A DNA stretch of 64,000 nt. Origin: Mytilus trossulus (lineage: Eukaryota). The stretch's first letter is position 1. Each line of letters begins with the position of its first letter. The notes under the pieces are model-generated. The model had not been told where the DNA came from. It saw only the letters and a program-made list of their open reading frames with translations, and did no database searches. Shown here in pieces: positions 24,192 to 37,989 of this stretch. Both the position numbers and the translations under genes were made by a program. Where the stretch lies: NCBI RefSeq assembly GCF_036588685.1, contig NC_086381.1, positions 2,232,001 to 2,296,000 on the forward strand. Reading direction: 5' to 3'.

Positions 24192-27100
24192 TTTTTTTTT
24201 AACAACATTAGATATTTATTCATCAAATATGCTTGTTACATTATTACACCAAGAAACCAAGCTTTCCTTGATGCATCCTGTTATATTCCAGGGATTACCC
24301 AGGTTAACAATCAGCTGCTTGTATAAATGTATATATATTTTAATCATGTGTAGAAATTTCTTAAAATACAATTGTACAACATTTTAATACATTATGTGTT
24401 ATTCTATCAATCGTCTAAACTTCTTTTTAATGGCTTTAGTAATGTATTAAGTTTAATTGTTCTGTTTTCGTTGTAGCTTCTTATGTATTCTCGAACAAAA
24501 CGGAGAAGGTTCTGTAAGGACTGAATATGGCCTCAAACTTCAAGTTCATCTTACGAAATATTTCGAACACTTTTTAAACACTTAAGTGTCTATTTCAGTT
24601 GATTCAATTAGTTTCTGTGAAAGGTTTATACATGTACTGAACTAGTCATTATAAACGCTCTGATTCAATATGACAAATATATCAAGTATGCAAAAAATGG
24701 ATATTTTGTCAAAAATGAAAGTAGTATTATCATCAAATACAGCTTACATTTCAATATTAAGAATATCAAGAATAAACACAGCTGCGGCCACTTTCATTTA
24801 AGACGGAATCCGTAAAAAAATTAACTAAAATGCTAAAATTCTGAAGATTTCAGTAAACTAGCATGACTTAATGATGCTAGTACCCAATATGTGTGCATTG
24901 TATTGATTTTTTTTTTTAAAAAGCCCCTATTTTTGTAGCAGAAGCATGTTACTTTGCAATAAATAACTAACAGTTTAATTTTAACAATTTTGTAAAACTG
25001 TTATATTTTGGAGCAAAAAGGGGTCTTAAAAAACATTTACTGTTGTCAATTTCTGATTAGATACATAATATGATTTGTAAATGGAAAAACCTAAGATTGT
25101 TAGAAAATAATTCAGGCCAAAATATTTTTAAAAGTTGTATATTCAAAGGCTTATTGCTTTAATGATACTTTAAAATTTAAATTTGATTTTTTCATTAACT
25201 CATAAACACTTTTCGAAAATTTTTCTAAAAGTCGACAAGAAATAAAAAGAGGTTATAATCTTCTTCTTCGTTAGATTCATTACATTGATTTGGGACTTTC
25301 CTTTTTCAATTTTCCTCAGAGTTCAGTATTTTTGTGTTTTTACTTTTTACATAGACTGTCATTCGTCTGTTTCCATTTAAACAAGAAGTGTTGTGTTGGT
25401 AATATGAATTGTCAAAGTTTCCATCTATATATATATTTTAACTTATTTTTTTCTAAATAAGAAAACAGGAAAACATATAGTTGGTTAGTACTAAGGTTCT
25501 CATTAATTTGTAAAATACGCATCTATTTGCTAACACCAATTGATGGTTCAGTTTTATCTTTACAAATTGTCTTATATAATGTTTAATGGAATGCTTGAAC
25601 CCTCAATGTAGTAACCTTTCCAGATTAGTTCAATCTAGGAACATTTACAATACTTTTTAAAGAACTTTCAGATTGTAACATCTGAAACCAGTCTTTTGGG
25701 ATGTTTTTTTTTAAATATTAATTTCTGCAGTCCAATTATTTTTGCAGTCTTATTTTTCCAGAATAAAATGTTGAGATATATTACCAGTGTCATCTATAAT
25801 ATCGTTGACAAATATCAAGTTACTCTTAATCCAATTTTCAAAATTAATCAGTTTGTTCTCCCAAATTACCTGTTTTCTTACTTCTGTGAAGTTGGTAGGT
25901 TTTTTGTCTGTCCACCGTCTGATATTACCCAACATTCAAATACTTCTCTATAAAATTCAGGAATATGTTTGATAAATTCTAGAATTTTCTTCTTTTCAAA
26001 ATTCATCTTAAAAATTAATCAATTAATACCAACCACGCCGAGATATTTTAATGGAATCAATTTCCAGTTTGAAAAATCATTACTAATGAGTTTACTTACC
26101 CAAGATGCTTTTAGAGACATAAAGTAAATTTGCATGTCGATAATTTGTAACCCCCTTCTTCGTTTGACTTTATCATGGTATTTCTTTTAACCCTATCTGG
26201 TTTACCGTCCCAGATTTGTTTATAACTAGTCATCACTTCTGTTTAATCATGTATATCTATTATATAGTCATTATACTGTTTGCAAAACTATGTATTACTC
26301 TTGATAATAATAATGTTTTGTCCCAGGCGGTTAACCCTGGCCTTACAACTTTTTGGAATTTTTGGTCCTCGGCGATCTTCAACTTGGTAGTTGTTTTGGC
26401 TTTCAAACTATTTACATCTGAGCATAGTTTTGTGTTGACGTAGCGCGCTTCTGGTGTATAAAAATACTCTTTAACGTGTTGCCTTTGGATTGCTATTATT
26501 CGTTTGTTTCTCTGTCCTATATTTTCTCCCATTTATCTGTTTATTTATTGTAACCCTGCCGTGTAATGTTGTAATTTTAATGTTGAAATTAAAACTGCCA
26601 TTAAGGCGGGAGGTTTGGCATGCCCCAAAACCAGGTTCAATCCACCATTTTGTCATAAAATGCCCTGTTCCAAGTGAGGAAAATGGCCATTGTTACATTA
26701 TAGTTTGTTTCTCAGTGTGTTATGTTTCGGTGTTGTGTCTCATTTGAGTCGTAGTTCTCTTATATTTTATACGTTTTTCTCAGTTTTAGTTTGTAACTCG
26801 GATTTGTTTTTTTCTCTATCAATTTATGAATTTTTAACAGCGGTATACTACTGTTGCCTTTATTTATAATATATACTGTCTATTTCTTTTCTGAATTTCT
26901 CATGAACTGTACAGGCAATTTCATAAAATGTAAAAAGTGGTAAAACTTATGTGTTTATAATCAGATTTTCCCAATTTAAGTTAAATTACGTTTCCCCCAT
27001 AAAGGAAATAGTCTATTCATTTTCTCAATCTTACTTTCCCAGTTTAATTTTTCACATTCGTGACCAAAATATATTCCCAATGATTTGACTGGTTTGTTTG

Positions 27101-29250
27101 TCCAATTATTTCAGCTACTTTATCTTTACTTTTTGTCAGTTTTCCTATCCATATTCCCTCTGTAATATTGTTATTCAAAGTATCCTCAGAAAATAACACA
27201 AAAATTTCTATTTCATTCATAGCAGCTGTGTTTTCTTTCTTATTACTGAAAGTAAAAAGTAGTATCATCCGCTAATTATGAAATTTTAATGCTATGATTT
27301 TTATTATCTAGATTAACTGAGCACCCTTAGATATCTCTGTTTTTCGAAAGCCATGATCTCTCCGGATAAAACGAAAACAAGAGCTGATAAGTGACACCCC
27401 TGCCTTTTTTCCTTTAATTTTTTTGTCTTTGTCTGTTCCTGGAAATTTAATAACACAAGTTTGTAACCCAGTATATAATGTTTATTACCAGATAATAAAA
27501 GATTCATTAAATCCAAAATGTTTCAAAGTGAATTACATGAAAAACCATTCTAAGGAATTAAAAGCTTTAGTAAAATCTTCAAGAACTATTGCCCCTTCAA
27601 TCGAATATGCATCCGCATAGTCAATGATATCTTGAATTTGTTTCAAGTTAAAATTTAAAAACTGTTTTTAATATATCCTGTTTGATCTTCATTAATAAAT
27701 GATGGTGGTATTTTTTTTAACGTTGCGCTAGAATAAAAGACAATACTCTTAAATCTATGATCAGTAAGGAAATTGGCATATAATTACCTATTAATAAATT
27801 ATCCCTCTTTTTGAACAATAATGTCTTAAAACTAGTACATTCTGAGTGCGATAGACTTCCTTTTTCATTACCGGTGTGTAAAACCTTGACTAGAAAATAT
27901 TTTTCCCCAAAACATCTGATAAAATTCAACTTTTAGACCATAGCTGAAGTACATTCTTCCATTGTTACTTCTCCGTCACAAACTGATTTGTCAACATTAT
28001 TTGAATTATTTTCTAATTAAGTTTCACAATTATAATTTCCGACTAAATCTTTTTTTTTTACATTTCGAACTTTACAGATTTTCATGGTATTGCTTATTTT
28101 TTGTTAATACATTGGCCTCGTCTGTTGTCATATTTTCATTCTCGTCAATTAGTTTATTTATCGACTTTTTACCTGTCTTTGTTTTTCAGAACGTAAAAAA
28201 TATGCATAATTTCTTCTCCAAATTCAACCCATTTCTCCTTTGACCTAACCTGTGCACCTATAGCTTTCTGTTCGTATATCTTACCTTTTTTTGTTCTAAA
28301 TCTATTTTTTATTTCTTCATCTAAATATGCATCCTTCTGTGGTAATGCATCTCTTAAATTATTTCTATCTTCCAGTTTTTTTCTAGTTCCCGACTTAATT
28401 CTCTGATTGCCTTTGCTTTATTCCTACAATATGCTATGCTTACCTGACTTATTTCTACTTTTAGTATATTTATGAATAAAATAACTTATAATCTCTTTGT
28501 ATTTTGATCTTTTAAAATAGAGTTGTCAATCTTTAAAAATCGCTTTCCTCTTTCTGACACACCAGTCCTAATACTTAAGAAAACGCTTTGATTATCAGTT
28601 GAATTAATAACAGCTGGTTTATTATTACAATTTTCTACTTATGACTTTTAAAAATCTCAGTCAATTAATATCATGTCTATTCTACTCCGCCATCTAAATT
28701 GTTGAATGTTTTGATTCAAACATCTCCAGATGTTGATGAGTTTGTTTGATTTCAAAATTGATTTCAAACTATTTAATGGTTTTGAAATCTGGCTATTTGG
28801 TCGTGTTGTTTTTCTATCTATAACATTTAAAGCATTGAAATCTCCCTGAACTATCGGTATACCGATACCAAATTCTTTTATATTATAACTTACCTTTTTA
28901 AAAAATACGTATTTCTAGATGCTTTATAATTTGATGCATATATACATACCAACGTGAATATTGTGTCTTCAATTTGTATATTGAGCAGAATTTCTCTCCC
29001 GTCAGTGTCTCGATTTTCATTAATAACAGTAACGTTTTAACTACTCATTACAATAGCGACCCCCTACTTGCTGTCGTGCCATGACTGCAGAATATATTAA
29101 AATCTTTCTGTATCGACATTTGTTTACTAACTTTTTCGTCAAAATCTATTTTTTTCTTGCCAAACAGCAATTTCACCTGTATGAGCTTTTAACAATTCGA
29201 TAACCCGCTCTCTTTTATTCCTACTGTTTTTATCATTTAGATTGAAAATA
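24192..29250 (-). mobile_element. L1/Tx1-clade LINE relic (#3), near-complete ORF2 with poly(A) tail, carrying nested insertions
   Basis: Fragments NYMPISLLIIDLRVLSFILAQR, RQGCHLSALVFVL, TEGIWIGKL and VRKQVIWENKLI. AATAAA and a poly(A) tail appear on the minus strand at ~24192-24220. An endonuclease-like region lies at ~28500-29230. Confidence 0.8.
26260..26866 (+). repeat. Degenerate retrozyme family B fragment followed by family D, nested in L1 #3
   Basis: TTTTGGAATTTTTGGTCCTC...TCTTCAACT...GCGCGCTTCTGGTGTA (family B, ribozyme core disrupted), then family D from ~26500. Confidence 0.7.
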
Positions 29251-30369
29251 CATACATTTATTTTATTTATTTAACTATACCGTGTTATCTAATTGAATTT
29301 TCAAACATGTTACATAAATAAATCAATACAATGTGAAATATATACAATACTTCTACATAGAAGTATTTCTTGTTTTCTTTTCAACATAAACATGATAAAC
29401 AATAACTGAATACTACAATTTAAATATGTTTTGAATCCGGTAAACAAATTACCACTAGACTTAACGATTCTAAACACACATGCTATACTATTTTAAAAAG
29501 CTTTCATTTGCAATGTATGGACATATGATAATGAAAATCAAAACCTGTCGAAAAATGATAAATTTTGTGAAGACGATTATAGGGTGCAAATTTTTTTTTG
29601 CTGAAAGTTGGATAGAAAATCGACACACATACAATTTTCTAAGTACTAAATGAATTTTCTTTCTTTTTTTTTTAATTATCCAATATGCTTATCAAGTAAA
29701 TTTCATTTTGTATCTAATGAGTTGAAATATTGCTTTTTAAATTTAAAAAAAAATGTTTTTTCAAAATCTCAAAAAATGCAATAAAAATTTTTTTTTCTTC
29801 GTCTCCAATCAATGCTTAAGATATGGAAACAACACACTGTAAATTTGGAATCTTTCAGATAAGTTTTAAGATTAGTACCGCTTATTTAAATTCACTTTAT
29901 ACTGTCTATGGAAAAATCAATTGAAAATATATACATTTTTTTTGGTAGGCCGAACTTTGCTTTCGAAATAAGCGAAGAAACTGTATGGTTTGTAAAAAAT
30001 TATTGATGGCAAACATTGTCTTTACCTTTAAATGAGTGGTTGGCATCATCAGTTGGATTGTCTGTTTTTTTAAACTGTAATTTTATTTAAGTTTTTTTTC
30101 AAAAATATAAAATTTCGACAAATGACGTCATGAAAGCCCCAAAAAAAATCTTCTAAACGGATTTATATTTCTATGGTCATTAAGTATTACTACCTTCAAT
30201 ATTAGTCCTTTAAACAGAAAACTTTATCTTTAATTTGAAAAAAAGTCGTGCATCGTTTATTTTGTCGACTAGTATAGTATCACGACTAGAAATGTTTTCA
30301 TTAATAATAGTAACTGTATCACTTACATTTTTAATTTGGATATTTATTCATATATATGTGTAGATTTAA

Positions 30370-30640
30370 AATTTAATACTCCAGACGTGCGTTTCGTCCA
30401 CACAAACCAATGACACTCAGATGAAAAAAGTTTGAAAATGTAAAAAGTTGTAAAGCAAAGAAGACCAAAAGTTCCGAAAACGTTGCGACCAATACGGCTA
30501 TGTTTTCATTGCCTGGATTAAGAGCATCCTTATTATTTAGAACGAATATTCATACTTTTTTAAACAGTAAATTTTATAAAATGATTAAATATTAGACATA
30601 CATGATAAAACCAAAATTGTGATTACCTACAGAATAAAAA
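30370..30640 (-). repeat. Degenerate retrozyme family B copy
   Basis: CCAGACGTGCGTTTCGTC...AATACGGCTA is present, but the CUGAUGA core is lost. Confidence 0.65.
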
Positions 30641-31184
30641 CGAATACATGACATACATTTGTCATATATGACACAATAAGTTTTCCAAACTACATCCTGG
30701 AGTAGACAGAGTTGCAGAAGTTAAGTCGGCCATATTTGTTTATGGAGGAAGTTCAGAAAATCTGAATTATGGGTGACCAATTTGGTCATGTTGACTTATT
30801 GTTATGTCTTACTTTGCTGAACATTATTGCTGTTTACAGTTTATCTCTATCTATAATAATATTCAAGATAACAAAAACCGCAAAATTTCCTTAAAATAAC
30901 CAATTCAATGTTTCATAAAAAAATAAGTCATGGTCAGATGAACCATGCTATACAGATCTCTACAAATATCCCGTTCACCAAATAAATGTGTTCCGATCCT
31001 TACAGTGCCTTAGAAACTGATAAATGTAAATGGCCAATTAATTCGGGACATAAGGTCAAAAGTATTTGAACCCTGACCGACAGCCAGACATAGACATCTT
31101 ACTATCATTTAATAAATAAAACACAATTGAAGTCATCATTGTCATATAAGACACATGCAGACAGACATGCACATCTGCACCTGT

Positions 31185-31472
31185 TGCACCTGTCCTAAGT
31201 CAGGAATCTGATGTACAGAAGTTTTCGTTTGTTTATGTAATATATACGTGTTTCTCGTTTCTCATTTTTTTTATATAGATTAGACAGTTGTATTTTTCGT
31301 TTGAATAGTTTTACACTAGTAATTTTGCGGCCCTCTATAGCTTGTTGTTCGGTGTGAGACACGGCTCCGTTTTGAAGGCCGTACATTGACCTATAATGGT
31401 TTACTTTTTTCAAAATTGTTATTTGGATGGAGAGTTGTCTCATTGTCACTCACACCACATCTTCCTATATCT
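31185..31472 (+). repeat. Dispersed repeat family A
   Basis: CCTAAGTCAGGAATCTG...GGCCCTCTATAGC...TTGAAGGCCGTACATTGACCTATA...CCACATCTTCC. Confidence 0.85.
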
Positions 31473-31917
31473 ATGTACACCATACACGAAACACCTTGTG
31501 GCTATAGCATACAGGTACAAAATGTTTATATTCAAAAGGCCAAACAACATAAAACAAACATTCAGTTGCCGAATGATGCATGATAATGAGTTCAATGTTA
31601 GTTGAAACCTTGCACAAGTCGAAAATAACACATTACAATCAGAACAACAGACAGTTATCCTAAAGCTTAACGAGTTCTCGATACGGACTTGACCACTAAA
31701 ATGAATCTTAATCCATGACATGAGGCAAATTCAGGGTAAGGTGAATCCTGTCCGAAGGAAATTTAGTATGGGATCCAATATACAAAATATGGTTATCCTA
31801 TAACTCATAATAAGTGAGTACTTCACATGAAAATAAAAAAAAACTTCATCCTACAATCATCCAACTATTTTACAAACAATATGTTCACAAATGCCATAAT
31901 AATAATTTTAACGTATT

Positions 31918-32210
31918 TGCACGTCTGGCGTACTAAATCATAATCCTACTACCTTTGATAACTATTTACACCACTGGGTCGATGCCAGGTCGATTGCTGA
32001 TGGGCGTTTCCCCCGAGGGTATCATCAGCCCAGTATTCAATACTTCGATGTTGACATGAATATCAATTATGTGGTCATTTGATACAAATTTCTTGTTTAA
32101 AAAAATGAAATTTTCGAAAAACTAAGGATTACCAAAGTCGTAATTGGTACAACATTTTGGAATTTTAAATCTTCCGTGCTCCTCAACATTTTACTTGTTT
32201 GGCTTAAACC
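31918..32210 (+). repeat. Retrozyme family B monomer starting near the cleavage site
   Basis: CGTCTGGCGTACTAAATCATAATCC...TTTGATAACTATTTACACCACTGGGTCGATGCC...CCCCGAGGGTATC; the reverse complement of 8335-8610. Confidence 0.8.
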
Positions 32211-33368
32211 TATTGAGAATGTTGACCTATCTTGCCTTTTTCAATATCAATAACAAATATCAATTATCATATAGTGAAAGAATAATGTGAACGTCTTCGT
32301 AGCATAGGATCTTTCACGATCCTTTTCACGATCTTCAAAAATGCGGTACGTCATCTTTCATGATCCAAAAAATCAATTGTGTGTAGATAATTCTTTATTC
32401 AACAAGTTTCAGATTATAATTATACAAAATAACTATCAAAACCGTTTAATGAATTCAAATACAATGCCCTTATTCTGATAAACGTAGTTCATCTACTCGA
32501 ATTCGTGAAAAAATCGTGTTTGTTTACATTTTTTATGTCATTGAAATGTCGAGAAGCAATCTGCCTTTTGTCGTTTTGTAATAACTATGTACTTTTGAAA
32601 CTGGATACTCTGAAATATTGATCATAATGTTGAACCATTTTGACAAACAGTTTTATTTTGTCGTAAATGTGCCTGTGAAATTAATTAAATTAGAATATTA
32701 ACTGAAGTTTCATATGTCTTCTCGATTAAATGTCTTTCACAATCCGTTACCAGAACTTTCACGATCGTCTCTCAATAATTCACCGCCGTTAAATATTCTT
32801 TCACGATAATTTCTCTCGATAAACCGAATGACACCCGTTTATAAGTAAGCAGCATATTCATTTTCATTGTATTTACATTTTTAAAACATATGTATTATTT
32901 ACTTTGAATGATCTTTAGTTATTTATTTAATGGACCATGGAAATATACAATACAGTTAGCGATTCGGGTTACTGTCTCCATCATGTTTATTGAACATATA
33001 TGAGGACAATTAAACAAACCAATATCTGATATATGCACCATGCTGGTACATGGTAACATGTGTCGTTAGGTTAGGTTTTCACACGAATGCGAAACGCCTG
33101 ATTTCATGCAATAATATGTGTGTATCACAAGCGTTTTCAAAACATTTGCTGAAGGAAACATCTGAAACAAATGCGTGTAACAAGTTTCTGAAGCGGATGT
33201 TTCACACATGTGCAAAAGTGTGGCATTTTTGCCTGTATTAAAATGCCCTCATATGTAATTGTACATGAATATCAATTATATGGTCATTTTCAAAAATTTC
33301 AAAACAACTTTCGGATCCTCGATGTTCTTCAAATTTTACTTGTTTAGCTTTTTAACTATTTTGATCTA

Positions 33369-33414
33369 AACGTCACTGATGAGTTTTAAGGAAACGAAAC
33401 ACGCGTCTGGTGTA
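33369..33414 (+). ncRNA. Type I hammerhead ribozyme in a family B copy (33260-33450, continuing 33618-33810)
   Basis: ACGTCA-CTGATGA-GTTT-TAAGG-AAAC-GAAA-CACGCG-TC-TGGTGT. Stem II is GTTT/AAAC, a compensatory variant of GTCT/AGAC. Confidence 0.85.
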
Positions 33415-34734
33415 TATAATTATTATTCGATTACCTTTGATAACTATTTGTGCACCAAAACATACTGGCCATAATGATAAGCCTTCATAATTGAATAATA
33501 AGAAATGTTGTACATTGATTGCAACGAAAACCTATACATCAGATTCCACACAACGCAACGAGAATAGGAACATCTTTGTTTGACACAACGTTTTTGCATA
33601 TTAAATTGTAAGCCTAGTACTTTGATAACTATTAACACCACTCGGTCGATGCCGCTGATGTTGGCAGTTTCGTCATCGAGGGTATGACCATTCCAGTAGT
33701 CAGCATTTCGGTATTGCCATGAATATCAATTATGTGGTCAATTTAAAAACAAATACTGTTTGCAAAAGTAGGAATTATTCGAAATATTTTAATCCTTAGG
33801 CCCCGGCATGACTATAACATAAAGCAAATCAAGAGAAATACCAAATGTTAGTTGTAAAGCTAAAAAAGGGCAACATATTAAAGGGATGGTCAGAGTCGAA
33901 AATAAACTGACAAAAAAATGGACAAACACAGAAACAACGGTACACAAAACACAACAAAGAAAATTAAGACTAAGCAACACGAACTCTGCACACACTAGGG
34001 ATGATCTAGCGTACGTATAACGTTATTCTTGTATTTATACACAAGGTGATAAGTCTAATTCGGTAGTTCATATTCGAGGAAAAGGAGAAAGGATCGCAGT
34101 TATGAAAAGATATGAAAATTTGAAAATTTCCCTCATTATCAATGAAAACAGATATTCCATAATATTCAACGAACTCGTGATAGCATTCGAAAAAAATACT
34201 AACTAATCGCGCTGTAGATAAGACAGATAACAACAACCGATAAGTTCTTGACTTGGGATACAGAATGTTGCGATTTTAATTACGTAAAAGAGCACCCATG
34301 AGGATAAGCTATAAAAATCAGTCAGAAAAGCTTGACTATTAGAATCAACACTAGGCACTCAAAAATTAAGTAACAAAAAGAAAAACAAACACATGGCACC
34401 GATCCAAGTACACTTATCAATAGACATTTATGGGGACATTTAAAATAAAATAAAATAATAAGTTAACGTGTAACTTTTGTTTCAATTAATGACGTGTTAT
34501 ATGTATTGGGCTAAAACTAATGTATACCATATATTGTAGTAAAGGCAGCGGCGACAGTGATTGGATTCGTTTACACAACATTCGGTTTGCTGTTTGTAGT
34601 ATATGTGGCAGGTATGTTTTTAGACATCACTAAATTAACAGCACGAAACATAACAAGACCCAAATCTAGCAAGAAGTTTTCATCTAAATAATATTGTGCC
34701 TAGTTATGATATGTCCAGTAATGTTAAACTATTT

Positions 34735-34850
34735 CGTTGTTCTCGGTTCGCATCCTGTGCGGGAGGTGATGGTATCGAACTAATTAGGCCGGATCAAAGA
34801 AAAGAATTTGAAATTGGTATGTTCTGCTTTTCCACTATACATGTAGGCGA
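34735..34850 (+). mobile_element. Degenerate tRNA-derived SINE, V-domain-like
   Basis: GGATCAAAGAAAAGAATTTGAAATTGGTATGTTCTGCTTTTCCACTATACATGTAG resembles the central domain of bivalve V-SINEs. Preceded by a weak B-box-like GGTATCGAAC. Confidence 0.45.
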
Positions 34851-35779
34851 GTGATATTTTCGGAAAAGACGCTTAGTTTTTAATTTAATGCACCCATCTA
34901 ACACACAGCTGATTTTATATCTCATGTGATAGATGAATATCTGAACTTTTGCCCGGTCGTTAAAAATCGTACGGTGCAATGTTTGTAAACTTCATATAAG
35001 TCGAGAAATATTTTTAAATAAAAAATTACCACATGTGTTTCAACGTTAATTAAACGCTTTTTTCTTCATTTATTTTGATACAATGTATTGATTTAGGCGA
35101 ATTACAAATTTAAGAATAACCAAACAGTTTGAAAAAAAAATATCATGTTTTTCCAAGGAAAAGTCGTTTTTGTAACATTTTTTCATTATTTCAAAAAACC
35201 AAGCCCTTCTTTTCAATTTCTTCTAGTTGTTTTTGAATTCATTGTTAACGAAAACTTACCAATAGATTTGCATGATATTGACAAGATTAAGAATGTTCCC
35301 CAATGTATTTGTTCATCTCCTGGGAAGTTTACCTCATTTAAAAAGGGACATACAAACTTCACATTAATACTGAAACAACAGATGGTAAGGATACGTTCAA
35401 CTCAAATGTCTGGACGGTCTTTAAGGTTCAGACTTTGTTTCATACCAATAACGTTTGGAATGAAATGAGGATCACACGTACACAAGTGCGTTCCCTGACA
35501 ATAACAGAGGCGACCTCTGCTCTTGTCAGTTGTCAACAATACGACAAACCAATAGAACGCATATTATCAAGAAGATGACGTAGAAAAAATCACCAGTTGT
35601 GGTGACCGAAGTATGGAAACAGCATTATGCTTCTCTCAAGAAATTCTCTTCAAGTTCTCTTTGAAAACCATTTGACTACTATAGATAAACAATTCATTCC
35701 TTTCTGGATAAGCTATCATCGTAAAACATCTTTATAATATTAATACACCTATCGTCGTCGACTCCAAACCAAGCGACAT

Positions 35780-36130
35780 GGCTACTGTTTATTCTACAAT
35801 GAAAAGGTGTGTTGATATGTGCTTTTTTCACTGCAGACCTTTGACCAACAGGTATATATCATTGCAAATCGAATGGTCATGGCATCTTCAATTTCAGAAG
35901 ATATCATTCGTGTGTGGTGGTTCTGTACCGTACCATGCTTAATTGCTTCTATTGGAAAACTATGGGGTGATAGGTGTCTAAAAGATCTTCTAGATGATCC
36001 AGGAGTAGACTCAGCATGTACCGTTGAACAAATGCTTTCTGGAAAACAATTCCACAAATCAGTTCGTGCTCTAACTCTTACCTATGAGGCAATAATGTCG
36101 CTTCGTATATCCTCTTATTTTGAATGGTAA
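35780..36130 (+). pseudogene. Academ transposase relic #2, central part
   Basis: TFDQQVYIIA...IASIGKLWGDRCLKDLLDDPGV...TVEQMLSGKQFHKSVRALTLTYEA. Confidence 0.75.
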
Positions 36131-37989
36131 AAGAAAGCATATGAGATACTATTGTGGACGCTCTTCTGATGTGCTATTATATATTTTCTGGTGATACATT
36201 ACTAGTGTATGTCCTCATGGAATCAGAATATAGCCACCCTTTTTGTTAACACTGTAGCGCCTCAAATGAAAGATTTCAGGAATGACGCTATGCTGTGTAC
36301 CCATATGTCCGGTTAGGCAATGTGTCTGAATTATGTGGGGAGCATGCTACAATTACATAAACGGTATATTTTTTTGCACCAGATGTGCATTTCGACAGTT
36401 GATGTTTCTTCAGCGATGCTCGAGACTAAGCAAATTATAAAATTCAAAGCTTATTAATAGGTGACGATCTATTGACCAAAAAGGACAAAACAAAACTTTC
36501 AAGCAGAGTGATATGATCACTACTGAGTTCATTCCGCGCTGTGCTCTCATTATTTTTTGTGACCAACGGGAATATTTCTTCTGGATGCACTTCTGTATAC
36601 CGGCTTGATATGTCCATTCTACCCGCAGAGGTTGAAACATGCTTTAATGAGGGTTTCGTTGCTATTAGTAAGAAATTTAGTTCATTCAATTGAGTGTGTC
36701 GGTCTCAAGGAACTGGTGGACACAAGGTTTATCATGTAAATGAAGGAAGCAGTATCCCAGACTGGACAAAATTCCTGGCAAACAATTAGAATAAACACTC
36801 TTTGATCAAACTCACCGGGGAATTTATTTCGAAATTCTGTTGTGCCAGAAATCCACTGCCTGTTAGACAAACATTCTATCTAGGACGGACTTTCAAAAAT
36901 CAAAAAATCGTAAATAAAAATAACCCTACGATCAATACACGGACTGTGCAAGCTTGTTTAGCAGTCCGACCGACACGATATTCGTTTTACATGCTCTCTA
37001 TGCAGACGAACAATTTAAGAAGTGTAATGTTAGAGGGAGAACGATTGTCAAATGTTCTGACACTGATGTGTTTTTTTTTTTATTATACTGACATCTGTAC
37101 ATTTGTTAGTTGTAAAACATCAAGTACCGGTACCTTATCCCGGCCTCGATAACATTAGTAGATAACACATTGATACTGCTGCTAGTTTTTATGTAGATCG
37201 GAAAAGAAAACAAATATTAAAAAACGACAACTGAGCTCATAGAACATATATCAGATCAATCTACAGTTTTACGAGAAGAAATGATTTTTGTTTTAAAACA
37301 TTATGTTCAAGTACAAATCTGGAACAATGTTAAACTCACAGAAAATGAGAAGGATTTGTGTGAGGGTAATATTTCTTTTAAAGAATGTGAAGAATCTCTT
37401 AAATCTGTGTCAAATGGAAAGAGTCCAGGCTCAGAGGGGTATACTGTAGAATTTAACAAAGGCGTTTGGTGAGTTAATGGATCTTTTATTTTACATCGTT
37501 ATATTTTGGCTATGAAATTGGGGAATTTTCTAAATTTCAGTATCAAAGTGTCATTGCATGTATTCCATAAAAAGATAAAGATAGACGTTATTTAGCTAAT
37601 TGACGCCCAATTATCCTTTTGAAGATTGACAACAAGATTGCGTCCGCTGTCATTGCTCATATAATAAAACCTGTTTTACCATTTATTATCAGTGGCAGTC
37701 AGAAATGCTTTAATAAAGACAGATTTATTGGCGAGAATACGCGTCCATTGTTTGATGTGATGCACTACTTAGAAAAACATAACAAAACTGGTATTTTATA
37801 AATAGAAGATTTTTAAAAGGCTTTTGACCATTGTTGACTCTATTGAATTAAAGAGTTTCTATTTTGGACCATCTATATGCAGATGGTTTGCAATATTGTA
37901 TTTGAAAGCATCAAGTTGTGTTATAAATAATGGCCATCTTTCAAGCTTTTGTGATTTTGAGAGAAGCTGTAGACAAGGTGACCTTTCTA

